In this document: positions 1 to 11,910 of the stretch, in pieces | How positions within the stretch are numbered: position 1 is the stretch's first letter | Layout: each line of letters opens with the position of its first letter | Source: Camelus ferus | Taxonomy: Eukaryota | DNA: 64,000 nucleotides | Direction: 5' to 3' | Assembly: GCF_009834535.1 (NCBI RefSeq) | Contig: NC_045698.1 | Location: 8,682,001-8,746,000, forward strand | The notes under the pieces: model-generated | Seen by the model: the letters and a program-made list of their open reading frames with translations, nothing else | The model's database searches: none | Told to the model about the DNA's origin: nothing | Translations under genes and position numbers: made by a program

Positions 1-228
1 TACATTTTACACCTATGTTATCTAATTTGTTACCCTGAGAATACTACTCCTATTTTCAATCTTGAAATGGAATTTATTTCAAATGTTTCATGGGTAATTG
101 CTAAGAAGTTGCACAGATAAATACAAATAGAGTAGTTAATATAAATACAGCAATTAGATTTGCCTAATTTTTTCACATGGCTTATTTGATTTTTCCCATT
201 GAATCTGTGCTAATAAAAATAATATAGC

Positions 229-281
229 CTAACATTGTAAATCAACTATACTGTAATAAAAAAGAAAAAAGAAAAAAGAAA
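229..281 (+). mobile_element. L1 extreme 3' end fragment with A-rich tail
   Basis: AACATTGTAAATCAACTATAC..AATAAAAAAG followed by an A-rich tail; typical laurasiatherian L1 terminus. Confidence 0.6.
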
Positions 282-647
282 TGATACAAAGTTTCTTATC
301 TCTTTATAATTCCTAAAATTTCTACTTCATGAAAAATAATGGAAAATAATATCCAGCTTAATAAATAATAGTCATTTCTGTTAGATTTTCATTATACAGC
401 TTCATATTTATCAGTGTAAGATTTATTTCCATGCTGTTCAGCACCTTTGTGCTGTATATAAGCTCAGCTAATATTAATATGCCCCCACTCCCCACTTTCT
501 TAGGAAAAGAAGAAGTTATCCCAAGAATATGACAGTCTTCATTCTCTACAGTTACTTTAATCAACACTTCACTTCCAAGTATATCAGTGTAGTCCAGAAA
601 AAGGAGAGGTCTTCTTGGCTCACTGTGGAATATGTTAATCCTCCTTC

Positions 648-669
648 TGTGTGTGTGTGTGTGTGTGTG
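648..669. repeat. (TG)11 microsatellite
   Basis: Seen directly. Confidence 0.95.
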
Positions 670-2299
670 GCAATGGAGCCCTCTTAAGCTAACCCAGCGT
701 ATCAGCCACAAGAACCCAGCCTCCCTCTCCACGTGGCTACATCAAAAAAAAAATTTTAAGTGCAATATTTGCCTGTTTCTCATTCACATCCACGTCCCCA
801 ATTCATGGTTAGAGTCTGTGAGCAACTGCAGAGAATACTTGTCCAAGGGCTTAGTTCCATAGTTTTAAGTGACATAGAAATTAAGAGACTAAGAGCCTAG
901 TGTGGTTTATTCATATACTCACCTTATTATGATTGGATGCTGGGAAGACTTCAAAATTAAAAATTAACAGTGTTTCCTAGTTACCTCTAGTTTCTCCTTC
1001 TCTACTCAGCAAGCTCTTTGTTGCTTTCCTTTGTTTCAGAGAGGAATTTCCAACATTTTATGAAGAGGTCACAATGATGGATATAAATGGGTCTAAAAAT
1101 GAACAGTCTACAGAGTCATTAGCACAAGATTTTTTCCTCATACAAAAATTAAGTAACGTGCTTACTAAATATTCAGTGATGAGGGAATATTCTGTTGAAT
1201 ATTATGTGCTCCATGATTTAAAGACAATTCAAAATTTTGAATTAATAAAATGTCTTAAAATAGGGGATTGTAAATATCACAAGAATAAATTTAGAATAAT
1301 AAATATTTTATTATGAAAGATAAAACTGAACATATATTGCCAACATACTTAGGTATTTTCACAATTGTTTGAAATTGAGAATAAAATGTAATACAATAGA
1401 CTGTAATAGTAAATCCATAACAGTTTATAATCTATACTGTAAATTGATTCTCATCTCTCTTTCTCTATCAATCTAAGAAAATGTCACATACATATTTATA
1501 AATGAAGTCAATGATTTACTAATTTGCATACTGATGAAATATATTACCGAATTACTAATTAGGAATATGTCTTACATTTTTATTCGTATTGTATTGATTT
1601 CACAGACACAGTCTTATATTTACCACGTTTGACTGAAAAACCACAAATGCACTTTCAGCTGAATATTACATCATTTCAATAATATCTTTCAGATTTTTCT
1701 TTTGTAATTTACGTTAAACTTCAAATTTAGCCAATGTGTAAGTAATCAATATTTATACACTTTATAGATGTTAATATCAATTTAATAAAAATTATACCCA
1801 CTTATATCATTTTGCACACAAAAACGGCACTAATTTATAATCACTTATTTGTTTCCAGGAATGCGTAACTTCTTAATTGACAATTGTTGAAATCACAGTA
1901 TCTTTTATTTATTTTCCAGGTAGCTGGAATAGAGCTTGAATTTAGTAAAGTTTGATACTAAAGCACAGTGAACCCATTGTACTATTTTAATATCTGAATA
2001 TTCATGGAAAAAGGACAGGAGATCATTTCTTTTTATTAGAAGAAAACAATAATGATAATAAATTTATGATGACTTCTGAAACATTTTTGTATTTGAAGAT
2101 AAAGTGACAATTCAGGGTTATCTATTTCAAATAATTGTAATTCTTGCATATATTCTAAACATTTGGGAGGAAGGGGGAAGTCTGTTCAACTTTAATTTTA
2201 TATAGATTTTATCATATTTACTTATGTTTGAAATAATTCAGGCTCAACTTGAGAAGTAAACACTAAAGCACAGTCAAAGCCCTTCTCGCCTACAGAGAA

Positions 2300-3680
2300 T
2301 CAGTTCCTATATTTGGTATTTATTTTACATGTATACAAAATGTTTGTTTTTTTGCACATTTTAAACTTTAAAGTTTTTTTTTCTGTGCTCTACCTTTTCT
2401 TCCTCCCAAATTACATTTGTGTGAATGCATATAGCTGTAAATATTAATTTTCGGTGTATGCTATTATTTTGCAAGATTACACCACTATTTATTACCTATT
2501 TCCCCGCTGATGAGCTTTAACATTGCTTCTGATATTTTCCTAAGACAACCTGAGAGATTGGTTGCTGAGAGATTCTTTAGGACCTAACAATGTCTGGAAT
2601 TTCAGAGTTATCATGTATTTTTTCCCCCAAATTTCTACTATTATCAAATGGTCCTCAATGATCATGTACCAATTACCCCTTCCAACAGCAGATACAAAGC
2701 ATTAATTTGTAACGCTCTCCAGTTTTAATTTGCTTGTCTTTGGTTACTGAGAGGTGGAACAATGATTTTTCAAATGTTTATTGGCCATCTGGATTGCCTC
2801 TTCTGCAAATTACCCGATTATATATTTTGTCTATTTCTTCTTCTACTGGACTGTCTCTACTGTTTCATTTTTTGTGTTGGAGTTCTTTACTCTTCAGAAA
2901 TAATTATTTGTTGACGCAAACATAAATATCTTAATCTGAAAGTACCTTTTCCACATTTTTCAAGAAGCTCCTTTTTCACATTAAAAAAATTATTTTTTTT
3001 AGCCAAAGCTGCTTTAATTTTATTGGTATTGTTCATGTTTTGCCTGTGTCTTCTTTAAAAAAATCATTTCCTAACTAAAAATATTATCTGTATCTATGTA
3101 AGTTTATCAGAAATTTGGCTATAATTATGAGTCAATTTTTTCTTGACTGACATCTTAACAAACGCCAATGTTCCAATCTGTGTACCCAGAGATCTTTCAG
3201 TTTACTTAGTACTTTAAAAATATGTGACTTTTCTCTGTGAAATTCATGTAAATCTTTTGTTATGTTTATTTCTGGATATTTTTTCATTGCTGTTGTAAGT
3301 GGTGTTCTAACACTTGGTTTTGCATTTCTTCTAAACAGTTATATTATTTTTATGTTTTTCTAATTTTTATTCCAGGTTATGGATCTGCCACTACTTTTAG
3401 CATATTTGTCTTATAACCAACAACCTTGCTCAATTATCTTGTTGATTTTAATTATTTTGGGAAATGATTTTATTTTCTGTGGAGACAGTCTTATTGTCAA
3501 ACGTGCAAATAATGGTAATTCATTGCTTTAGTTTTTCTTTAAATTGATGTCGAGTCAGTTTATGCTGCTTTAGTTTTATTTTTCTAACTTTAATTTCATT
3601 TCTTTTACCTTTTAATTTACACTTCTAAGAACTTAAAAACAGAGCTGAATTGAGTTGTGATAATGGGCACTTTCAAAATT
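2300..3680 (-). mobile_element. Old, degraded L1 (L1ME-like) fragments
   Basis: T-rich antisense L1-like motifs such as 'tgtttattggccat', 'caaccttgctcaattatctt', 'gataatgggcac'; highly diverged. Confidence 0.55.
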
Positions 3681-3739
3681 TGAGAAATAATTACTTGTTG
3701 AAGCAAACATAGAATAGCTTTTACCACTCAACTTTTATG

Positions 3740-4503
3740 TTATTCTCAGCAGAAGCCAAGAATAGAGATGTGGTTATACATGCAGAGACACTGCCAGTTG
3801 GAAATTTAAGGGACAGAGGAAGTGGAACAAAATGAAGGAAAATTGTTGAACATCTCGGATTCTACAAGATGGGGTCATTGATCCGTTGGGCTATGATCTC
3901 CGCTCCTCAAGAAAAGGGAAGAAAGATGCTAAGGTGATTCCCAGACCATTAGGTCTGACATTCCCAGCGCAGGCCCAGGGCAGGGCTGGCTCTTTGTTGA
4001 TTTCAAAGGGTGGGGCTTCTCCTCTGGTTCTGGGACTTGGGTGAGGCCCTCCTTGCCTAGTGCTGCGTCAGGAGCAAGGTCACCACAGAAAGACCCAGGA
4101 GTTGCATCTTGGTGAGCTGAAGGGGCTGGGCAGTCCTGCAGAGCTGTGGCAGACATGCTGCTCCTCCAGTGGGCCTGGAGGACAGGGCATTGAACCGAAG
4201 AGGCTTATCCTTGAACATTAAGTTCTAATAGAATTTGCCTTGCTAGGTTTTGAACTTGCTTGGAACCCATCACCCTCTTCCTTTCATACATCTCCCTTTT
4301 GGAATGGGATTATCTGTCTGATGTCTGACCCATTGTTGCACGTTGGAAGCACATGACTTGCTTTTTTCCCACAGGTTCACAGCTGGAGAGAAATTTTGCC
4401 TCAGTGTGTATCCTACCTCAAGTCCCACCCCTACCTGATTTAGATGCTATTGAGATGCAGTTTTGGACTTTGGACTTTCTAGCTGATGCTAGAATGAGTT
4501 AAA
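3740..4503 (+). mobile_element. MaLR (MLT/MST-type) internal-region fragment, 3' part
   Basis: Ends with TTTTGGACTTTGGACTTTCTAGCTGATGCTAGAATGAGTTAA, which resembles the MaLR-int 3' end just before the PPT; GC-richer than flanks. Confidence 0.7.
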
Positions 4504-6449
4504 CACCATAGCAAATATTTGCTCAATTTTTCACAAATCCAACAAGATGCTTTTCTTTTTACCTTCTTCCATTTCTGCTTTTTATTCCAAAAATACTTTC
4601 CATATTTACTTGACCTTGAATATCCACAAATTTCATCATCTATAGTGTTGGTGGAGGGATGTCTGATTCTATTCTTTATTGTTTCTCCTGATTTTCCTTA
4701 ACAGCTTATTTTATTTTGCTTTTGTAATTTTGTGTGTGTGATTGTAGGTTCAGTGGGGTTTCATCTGTAGGAACCCTAGAGCTTCTTGCAATTAAAGTTC
4801 ATTTTAAATTAATGTCAATGTAATATGAGGAAAATACTTTCAAAGGGCTTCCCTGTTTTCATCTAGTAATATTTTTTCTTAAAATCAGGAGTGTTGGTTT
4901 TATGCCTACCCCATTTTTCATTATATTTTAGCTACCAAATAAATCTTTGAAAATGTTATCTGTAGAAGAAAGTAAGATGATTACGGCATACATTTTGGGA
5001 ATTACAGAAAAATTGTGTAAATTTTAGAAGTATCTGTAAATTGCTTAACTTTATGTGGCTTTCTATTTTGACTCTAGCTAAATATTTTACCTTAGGTGTG
5101 TATATTACCTTAAGTATGTGCATTTTTATACTGTTAAGTTCAGTCAGTCCGCTTATTAATTAATTGAATCTGTATCCCTTAGTCACTAAGAATATCCTAT
5201 AAATGAAACAATTTTCAATGTAACTAAAAACCTCTACTTAATAGTATGTGCTGTAGCCGGGTGAACCCACACAATCGAGCAGAGAACTGATGTCCAGGCT
5301 GGGACTGTCCACAAGAAGAGTTTCAGACACAGTTTTTTATTTTTTTTATTTGTTTGTTTGTTATTGTAGTGCTGCTGAAAACAGATTTTTTAAAACATAT
5401 ACCATCCTACACTTCCTTCTGTAACTGTATCCTGTAGATATGATGCCAGATTTCAGTGTTTGGCATTCTAAAATGTGGGTGTGTTTATTTTTATAAAATC
5501 CTCATCAAAAATACCATATATAGAAATCTAAAGTTATATAGAACATGGTACTTATTATTAGCTTAAAAAGCAAAATCTGTACTTTAGAATTAATGTAAAT
5601 TGACAGTTAAAAGTAGAGTGTTTATTCAGTTTTTTTAAATTATTATTATACGGATTATTACCCCGAATGCCTGGATTACAACTGCCAGCATTGGCTAAAT
5701 ATGTTATATTTAATTATTGTTTTAACTTGACTTGACTGAGTCTGGAATAATAAAAGAGTAGTTTAAAAGAAATTCATCTGAATGAGACTCCCTGTATTTC
5801 AGCAGCCCACATCAAGTCTTCCGTCACTTTTAATGTCAGATCATTTAAAATGTCCCCAAATAAACTTCATTCTTGCATTTTACTGTAGATATGAAGATTC
5901 ACTTCTATGAGATGTGCTTTAGTGTTTTTTTCTTTGACAAAAAGAATCGAGCAGTTGGGTCTTCTGAACATGCAGGTGGGTGGAGGTGGGGAATGGAATG
6001 AGATGTTTCAGGGTGGGGGCTGGGAGTGGGAGGCATGTCTTCCCAGGACTGGACCACTGACTGGTGGAGTGGCCGCCATGGATGCTTCTGAGGAAGAGCT
6101 GGTCCTGGACCACATCCAGTCCAACCACAGGCGGGCCTCCAAGAAGACAAGGGAGAAGGAAATCAGCAGTGGCATCTGCTACATTCATGGGGCACAGCTT
6201 GATTTGCACCTGCGTCTGACCCTCACCCGTCCTCACTCCCTCCCTCCATCCTCCCCACAAGGTAGTCACAGACACTTTAGGGAAGTGACCAGGAAAGGAC
6301 ATGAGTAGGGCTTGGACAGAGGAAGGCTGGCCGCCCTGGCCCCTCCAGGCACTCCCTGCTGCAGACCCCCGAGGCTGGGAGAGAGAGGGAGTTGCAAATG
6401 GGTGAAGGGTGTGGAATCAGCTCAGTATGACTTTGGTCTGGGGATTTTA

Positions 6450-6665
6450 ATTCAGAAACAACAGTGTCACTGGTCTGAACATGACCTGAAGCCTTTTTAT
6501 TAACTGTGAGTGGCCAGGAAAGTTATGAAGACCTGTTCAAGTTTTTATTCAAATATTGAGGATGAAATAGCCCCCATTATAGGTTGAAGGGACAATACAA
6601 AGAAAACAAAAAATGCTATTGAGGCACACTACTGAGTTAAGCTTTTTCAATAAATGGTTAATAGA
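6450..6665 (+). mobile_element. MIR SINE (degenerate)
   Basis: 'taactgtgagtggccaggaaagttatg...' core-like sequence ending 'tcaataaatggtta'. Confidence 0.5.
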
Positions 6666-7169
6666 CTGCTCTACATTTGCCTTGTAGGTCTAGGCGATCA
6701 GACGTACAGATCTTTTTCATTAAAATAGTAAAACAAAACAAAACTTCTGCGTTCTACTATATAAGGTACCACCGATTATTTAATGGACATTTGTTGTTAA
6801 CTTTTGCTACATGAACACTGCTATTCAAAAAATGATTAATCGCTTTGTTCATTGATAAATTGATTCCATAAAAACACTGAACACTGAATATGTGCCAGAT
6901 TCTTCTAGAATCTCAACAGAGAATAGACAGATAATCCTTTTGCTCATGGAATTTCTGCTGTCAGGAAATAAACATCCAAAGAGCACTGCTTAAAGTAGAA
7001 AATATTGTAAATTCCTAGCAAGGAAATTGTTGAAAGACCGAGTGCCTGCCTTAAAAATGCAGCCAAATACCATTAAACAAATCTCCCAAATGGTCATTTC
7101 TGTTGAAAAACCCATCAGTCATGCAAGGGATTGCCTGTTCCCAGCACCTCATTCACGCTGTGATTTACA

Positions 7170-7484
7170 CAATCGTCCCTCAGTAGCCATGAGGCATTGG
7201 TTCCAGGATCCGCTCTGATACCAAAATTTTTGAAGTTCAAGTCTCATATAAAATGGATAAAATTTGCATATAACCTGCACACATCCTCCCATATACTTTA
7301 AATCATCTCTAAACTACTTATAGTACCTAGGACAATGTAAATGCTCTGTAAGCAGTTGCCAGAGCACATCAAGTTCAAGTTTTGCTTTTTTGGAACTTTC
7401 TGGAATGTCTTCTTTTTGAATTCTTTTGATCTATAGTTGGTTGAATTCGTGTATGTGAAACCTGAGGGTATGGAGTGCCAATTT
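7170..7484 (+). mobile_element. MER2 (TcMar-Tigger non-autonomous DNA transposon)
   Basis: CAATCGTCCCTCAGTAGCCAT..GGTTCCAGGA start; internal ATTTGCATATAACCT..CACATCCTCCCATATACTTTAAATCATCTCTA; degenerate TIR at end. Confidence 0.9.
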
Positions 7485-8059
7485 AACACCTTTTTAAAAT
7501 CTGGCCAATTTCATTCCTAAAACTAACATTATTTTAATTTGCACTTAATTATGAGTGAATTTAGACACTATTTCATGAACTTATTTGCCATGTAGTTCTC
7601 TGATGGTCCTACTCATAGCCTCTGGCCTTATATTTATATTTTATTGGGCTATTCTTCTTCTTTTTTTTTCCCTAATAGTCTGTCATTAGACTTATTTATT
7701 TTCCACATTTTCTGTTTTTAATTTCTGTCCTGCTCAGAAAGGCCTTCTCCATTTCATGCTTATAAATACTTCTTATAATTACAGTTATTTTTATAAGTTT
7801 AAATCCTGTGGTAATTAATCCTTTTTTCCCTTAATAAATAGCAAGTGCATCTTCTAAACACCATGAAATAATCATTTCTCTCACCGATCTGAATAGGAAT
7901 TTTCATCTTAGTCTCAGTTTCCATTTGTGTTTGAGTTTGTTTCCATTTCATTGTTCTCTCTGCTGCTTCTTACCTAGTTCAAAATGTAAATACATTGTAG
8001 CCTCATAGTATTTGTATGCATATTTTTCTCCCAACATTGTTTTCAAAATTAGTTGTTTT

Positions 8060-8990
8060 CAAGTTTCTTTATCTTAATTCCAGACTCACAAGAAAGTTAC
8101 AAAAATAATACAAAGCCTTCCTTATACTCTTCACCTAGCTTTCTCAAATGTTAAAATCTTAATCTAACCATAGTACAATTAATAAAGCCAGGAAACCGAC
8201 ATTGACACAATCCTTCTAACTAATCTGTATACTTTAAGTTCTGACATTGTCCCACTTGTGTAGCTTCCCTGGTCCAGAGTCCTGTCAAGGGCTATTTTAC
8301 ATACCTCATGTAAGTGCAGTTGTGCAGTATTTGTCCTTCTGTAACTGACCTATTTCACTTAGCACAATGGCCTCAGAGTACATCCCTGTTGTCTCATAAG
8401 ACAGGATTTCCTTCTTTCTTGTGACTGAATAATATTCCATTGTATGTATATGTCACATTATCTTTATCCATTTATCCATCCACAGACATTTAGCTTGTTT
8501 CCACATCTCGGCTACGTGAATAATGCTGCAATGGACACAGAGTACAGATACCTCTTTGGGATTCTGATTTAAATTCTTTTGGATAAATACTCAAATGTGG
8601 GATTGTTGGATCATATGGTAGTTTCATATTTATTACTTGGGGGAACTCCATATCGTTTTCCATAGCAGTTGCACCATTTCTAATTATTTTATACCCACCA
8701 ACAGTGCACAGGGATTCCGATTTCTCCATATCATTGACAGCACTTGTCTTCTTTTTTGATAATGGCATCCTAACAGGTAGGAGATGATATCTCATTGTCA
8801 TTTTGACACACATTCCCTGATGATTCATGATGTTGAGGACTTTTTCATATACTTGTTGGCAATGGAAAAATATTCAAGCTCTTTGTCCATGGTTTAATTG
8901 GGTTATTTGGTTTTTTTGTTTTTTGGGTTTTTGTTTTTTTGTTTTTTGCTTTTGAGTTTTATGAGTTCCTTATATTTTTGGATGTTAAAC
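8060..8990 (-). mobile_element. L1 3' regions (L1MC-like 3' end joined to L1MA/MB-like 3'UTR and ORF2 C-terminus)
   Basis: ORF 8490..8828 (MRYHLLPVRM..LPYDPTIPHLSIYPKE) is a decayed L1 ORF2 C-terminal cysteine-rich region. Confidence 0.9.
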
Positions 8991-10149
8991 CCTGAGCTCT
9001 TTGATTATGCCTCTTATCATGTGCAGCTCAGTCAGTTTGCACAGGTTTAGATCACTGAGTGACACAATGCAGAGATGTTCTCAGTGTGCATCGTTGTCTT
9101 TTTATATTTTGATCTTCTCATACAACAACAGTGATGAAGAAAAGAACAGAATCTGGGAATATTGTTTGTGCTGCAATTTTGTTTGCTGGCAAATCTATGC
9201 CAGAAGCAGTTGGATTTCAGATTGCATGAATAATATATATAAAAAATCTCAATAGGCTTGTAGGATTATGTCAATGACATCTTCAAAAGACCATTTTATT
9301 TTTTTGGCAATAAATCACCCTTGATAAGAGTAGTTTGATATAAAAACTGATTTGGAAATCTGGAATTATTTGGGAGTTAAATATCTTTTTCCATTTATGT
9401 ACACGTGGCTAGTGCATTGCTCTCAGATTTCAGCATCTAATTCCTATATTCAAATTTTCAGGTAGAACCTTGGTGATCTCTTTCTTCCACCTTAGAAGTG
9501 GTTTTTAGATTGAAAAATAATTGAGAATCTCATGTTCTGAAAAACTTACCACTGTTCAAAAATATGCCAACCACTCTTCCCTGTATCTACAATAGGCAGA
9601 TGAAAAAAGTTATGAACTTTTATATCTGTCATCTGTACAATTTACTTGTGCTTTATTGGCTTAAAAAAATCTGGTAGGCAGCAGTTGCCAGTCTGAAACT
9701 TAAATACACATTTCAAATCTAATTATCTGTCAAAGCAACTTTGCAAAAATGTTATTTTTTGAACAGCATCCAAAATCTTCTGTCTAGAATACATTTCTCT
9801 TAAAATTTAACTGATATAAAAGACAAGTATGGGTACATTTTGTAGAATATTATGCAAAGAGAAAGAAAATGAGATATTTAGACTGATGAAATAAAAGAAT
9901 AAGCAATTAACAATCATATAGACCTTAAATTGTCTTAGAAAAAAAACCTTAAATAATTTTCTATGACTTCTTTCCAATCCTTCCACATAAAGTAATCTAG
10001 TTTTTAATCACAACTTTAATGTGGCATATTTGAGTATTCTATTAAAATAAGAAGTGTGTTAGTGTTTTATTTTTTGCACAATTGACCTGACACCTCTATA
10101 AATAATCTAGTATTTGGAATAGTTCTTAATTTTTTCTTGGTCCCTGTGG

Positions 10150-10275
10150 AGCCAAGTCCACTTGCCTCATTACAGAAATGCAGCACGAATGAGACTTAAG
10201 CCTTTCATGTGTTAATGGACTATTTTGGGTTTCTTTGTTACAAGAGGATCAGCTTAGACTTTCCTAATTAACACA
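10150..10275 (+). mobile_element. Old MLT1-type LTR 3' end fragment
   Basis: 'tattttgggtttctttgttaca...cctaattaacaca' resembles the MLT1 LTR terminus. Confidence 0.45.
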
Positions 10276-10498
10276 GCTACTACATTTTTTCTCCTCTCTG
10301 CTATCATGACTTGCTTTCCCTAGACTAGACAGCCAAAAATAGGGCTGCTGTATATTTTAGGTCCGACATTTTGCTAGGATGCTTTGAAACAAAAGGTACA
10401 GGGATTCACAGTCACACAAACAAACACCCTTGTACAAAATGTGATTCATTCACTTAGTGAACAATTAAAGCTCCTACGAAGAGCAAAGATTTAGGTTA

Positions 10499-10960
10499 GG
10501 AGTTCTCAAATGTTTTGTCCCATGATTGCCTTATAGTTTTAGAAAGTATGGAGAACCCCAAGAGCTTTTATTTAAATGGATTCTACCTATCAATGTTTAC
10601 CATGGAAGCAATCAATATTGAAGATACATCAAAATCAGTATGTTTTAATTTATTTTAAAATGATGATAGTTAATTCATTACATTAAGATAAATCATATTT
10701 TCACTGAAAACAACTATGTCTTCTAAAATGAAAAATAATAGCAAGAAGAGTGGTATTGGTTTCATTTTGAACATCTTTTTCATGCCTGCCTTAATAGAAG
10801 ATGCCTGGGTTGCCTTAGCGGCCTCTATATTCAGTCTGTTGTGATAGCAAAACTTACATAGCTTCAGGAAAACTGCACTGTGTACTTGTGAGAGAATGAG
10901 AGTATAAAAAGCAACTAAAGCCTCAGTGTTAGGATGAAAATATTTTTGACCTTGCTGTCA
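10499..10960 (-). mobile_element. Charlie1-family (hAT) non-autonomous DNA transposon
   Basis: Reverse strand AAGGTCAAAAATATTTTCATC..CTCTCATTCTCTCACAAGTACACAGTGCAGTTTTCC resembles the Charlie1 5' end; 'ccccaagagcttttattt' near the other end. Confidence 0.8.
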
Positions 10961-11209
10961 ATTACTCACAAAACTTAGAGAACTAAGGACTTAGAGTATT
11001 AGCTATGAACATGGGGGAATGACCAGGCTGCAAAAAATGAGGAAATGATTCTTAGAGATACATTTAAAATCAATTAAATACATATATTTATTTATATAAT
11101 TTATAGAGTGCATTGCCATATATATGTATACATGTGTTCATGTGTATATTTATATGTACATCAATAATCTCTTGATTACTTACTCTGATGGAGTCAGTTC
11201 CCATCTTGT

Positions 11210-11552
11210 GAGTTTACTGATGTGGTGTTCCACAGATGAGGAGACCTTCAGTCAGCAGCTAGTGACAAACTAAGACACTTAGTCTAAAACTCAAAAGAAA
11301 ATCCAAAACATTATCTCCTTCAGTTATGTGACTGAGTTTAAAAGTGGATCCTCCCCCAGCTGAACTTTCAGATGGGACTGCAGCCCTGGCTAACAGCTCC
11401 ACGGCAGTCTTGTCTCAGAACCTAAGTCAGTGGTACCCAGATGGCTTGTGCAGATTCCTGAGCCACAGAAGCAGTGATACAAGAAGTATTCATTGCTTTA
11501 GGCTGCTAAGTTTTTATGATAATTTGTTATGCAGCAATAGCTAACTATCACA
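11210..11552 (+). mobile_element. MLT1 (MaLR) LTR, 3' part
   Basis: GTGGATCCTCCCCCAGCTGAACTTTCAGATG..GCAGATTCCTG..TAATTTGTTATGCAGCAATAGCTAACTATCACA terminus. Confidence 0.85.
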
Positions 11553-11724
11553 GGTGATAAGAACACAAAATTACTGTAAAATGGAACAATAATCATGGTG
11601 TATAATTAAGTATGAATGTAGATTATGCCATGTAACTGACAATATTGTGGAACAATGAATACAAATTTGTGCAATGACTCAAAGTTCACCTGGACAATGA
11701 ACATTTATAATACATAATTGTGTT

Positions 11725-11910
11725 GGGTATAAAATAAGCAATGAGAATATATTGCATAACACAGGGAATAAAGCCTATATTTTGTAATAACTATAAATGG
11801 AGTATAATCTTTAAAATTGTGAATCAGTATCTTATACCTTGGTAACCTATATAATATCATATATCAACTATACTTCAATAAGAATATATTACAACTGAAA
11901 AAAAAACAAT
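11725..11910 (+). mobile_element. L1 3' end (5'-truncated)
   Basis: ACACAGGGAATA..TTTTGTAATAACTATAAATGGAGTATAA..ATCAACTATACTTCAATAA plus A-rich tail. Confidence 0.85.

Noticed and set aside
358..732. 124-aa ORF near window start
   Set aside because: Includes the (CA)n repeat (HTHTH), non-ATG start and no recognisable homology
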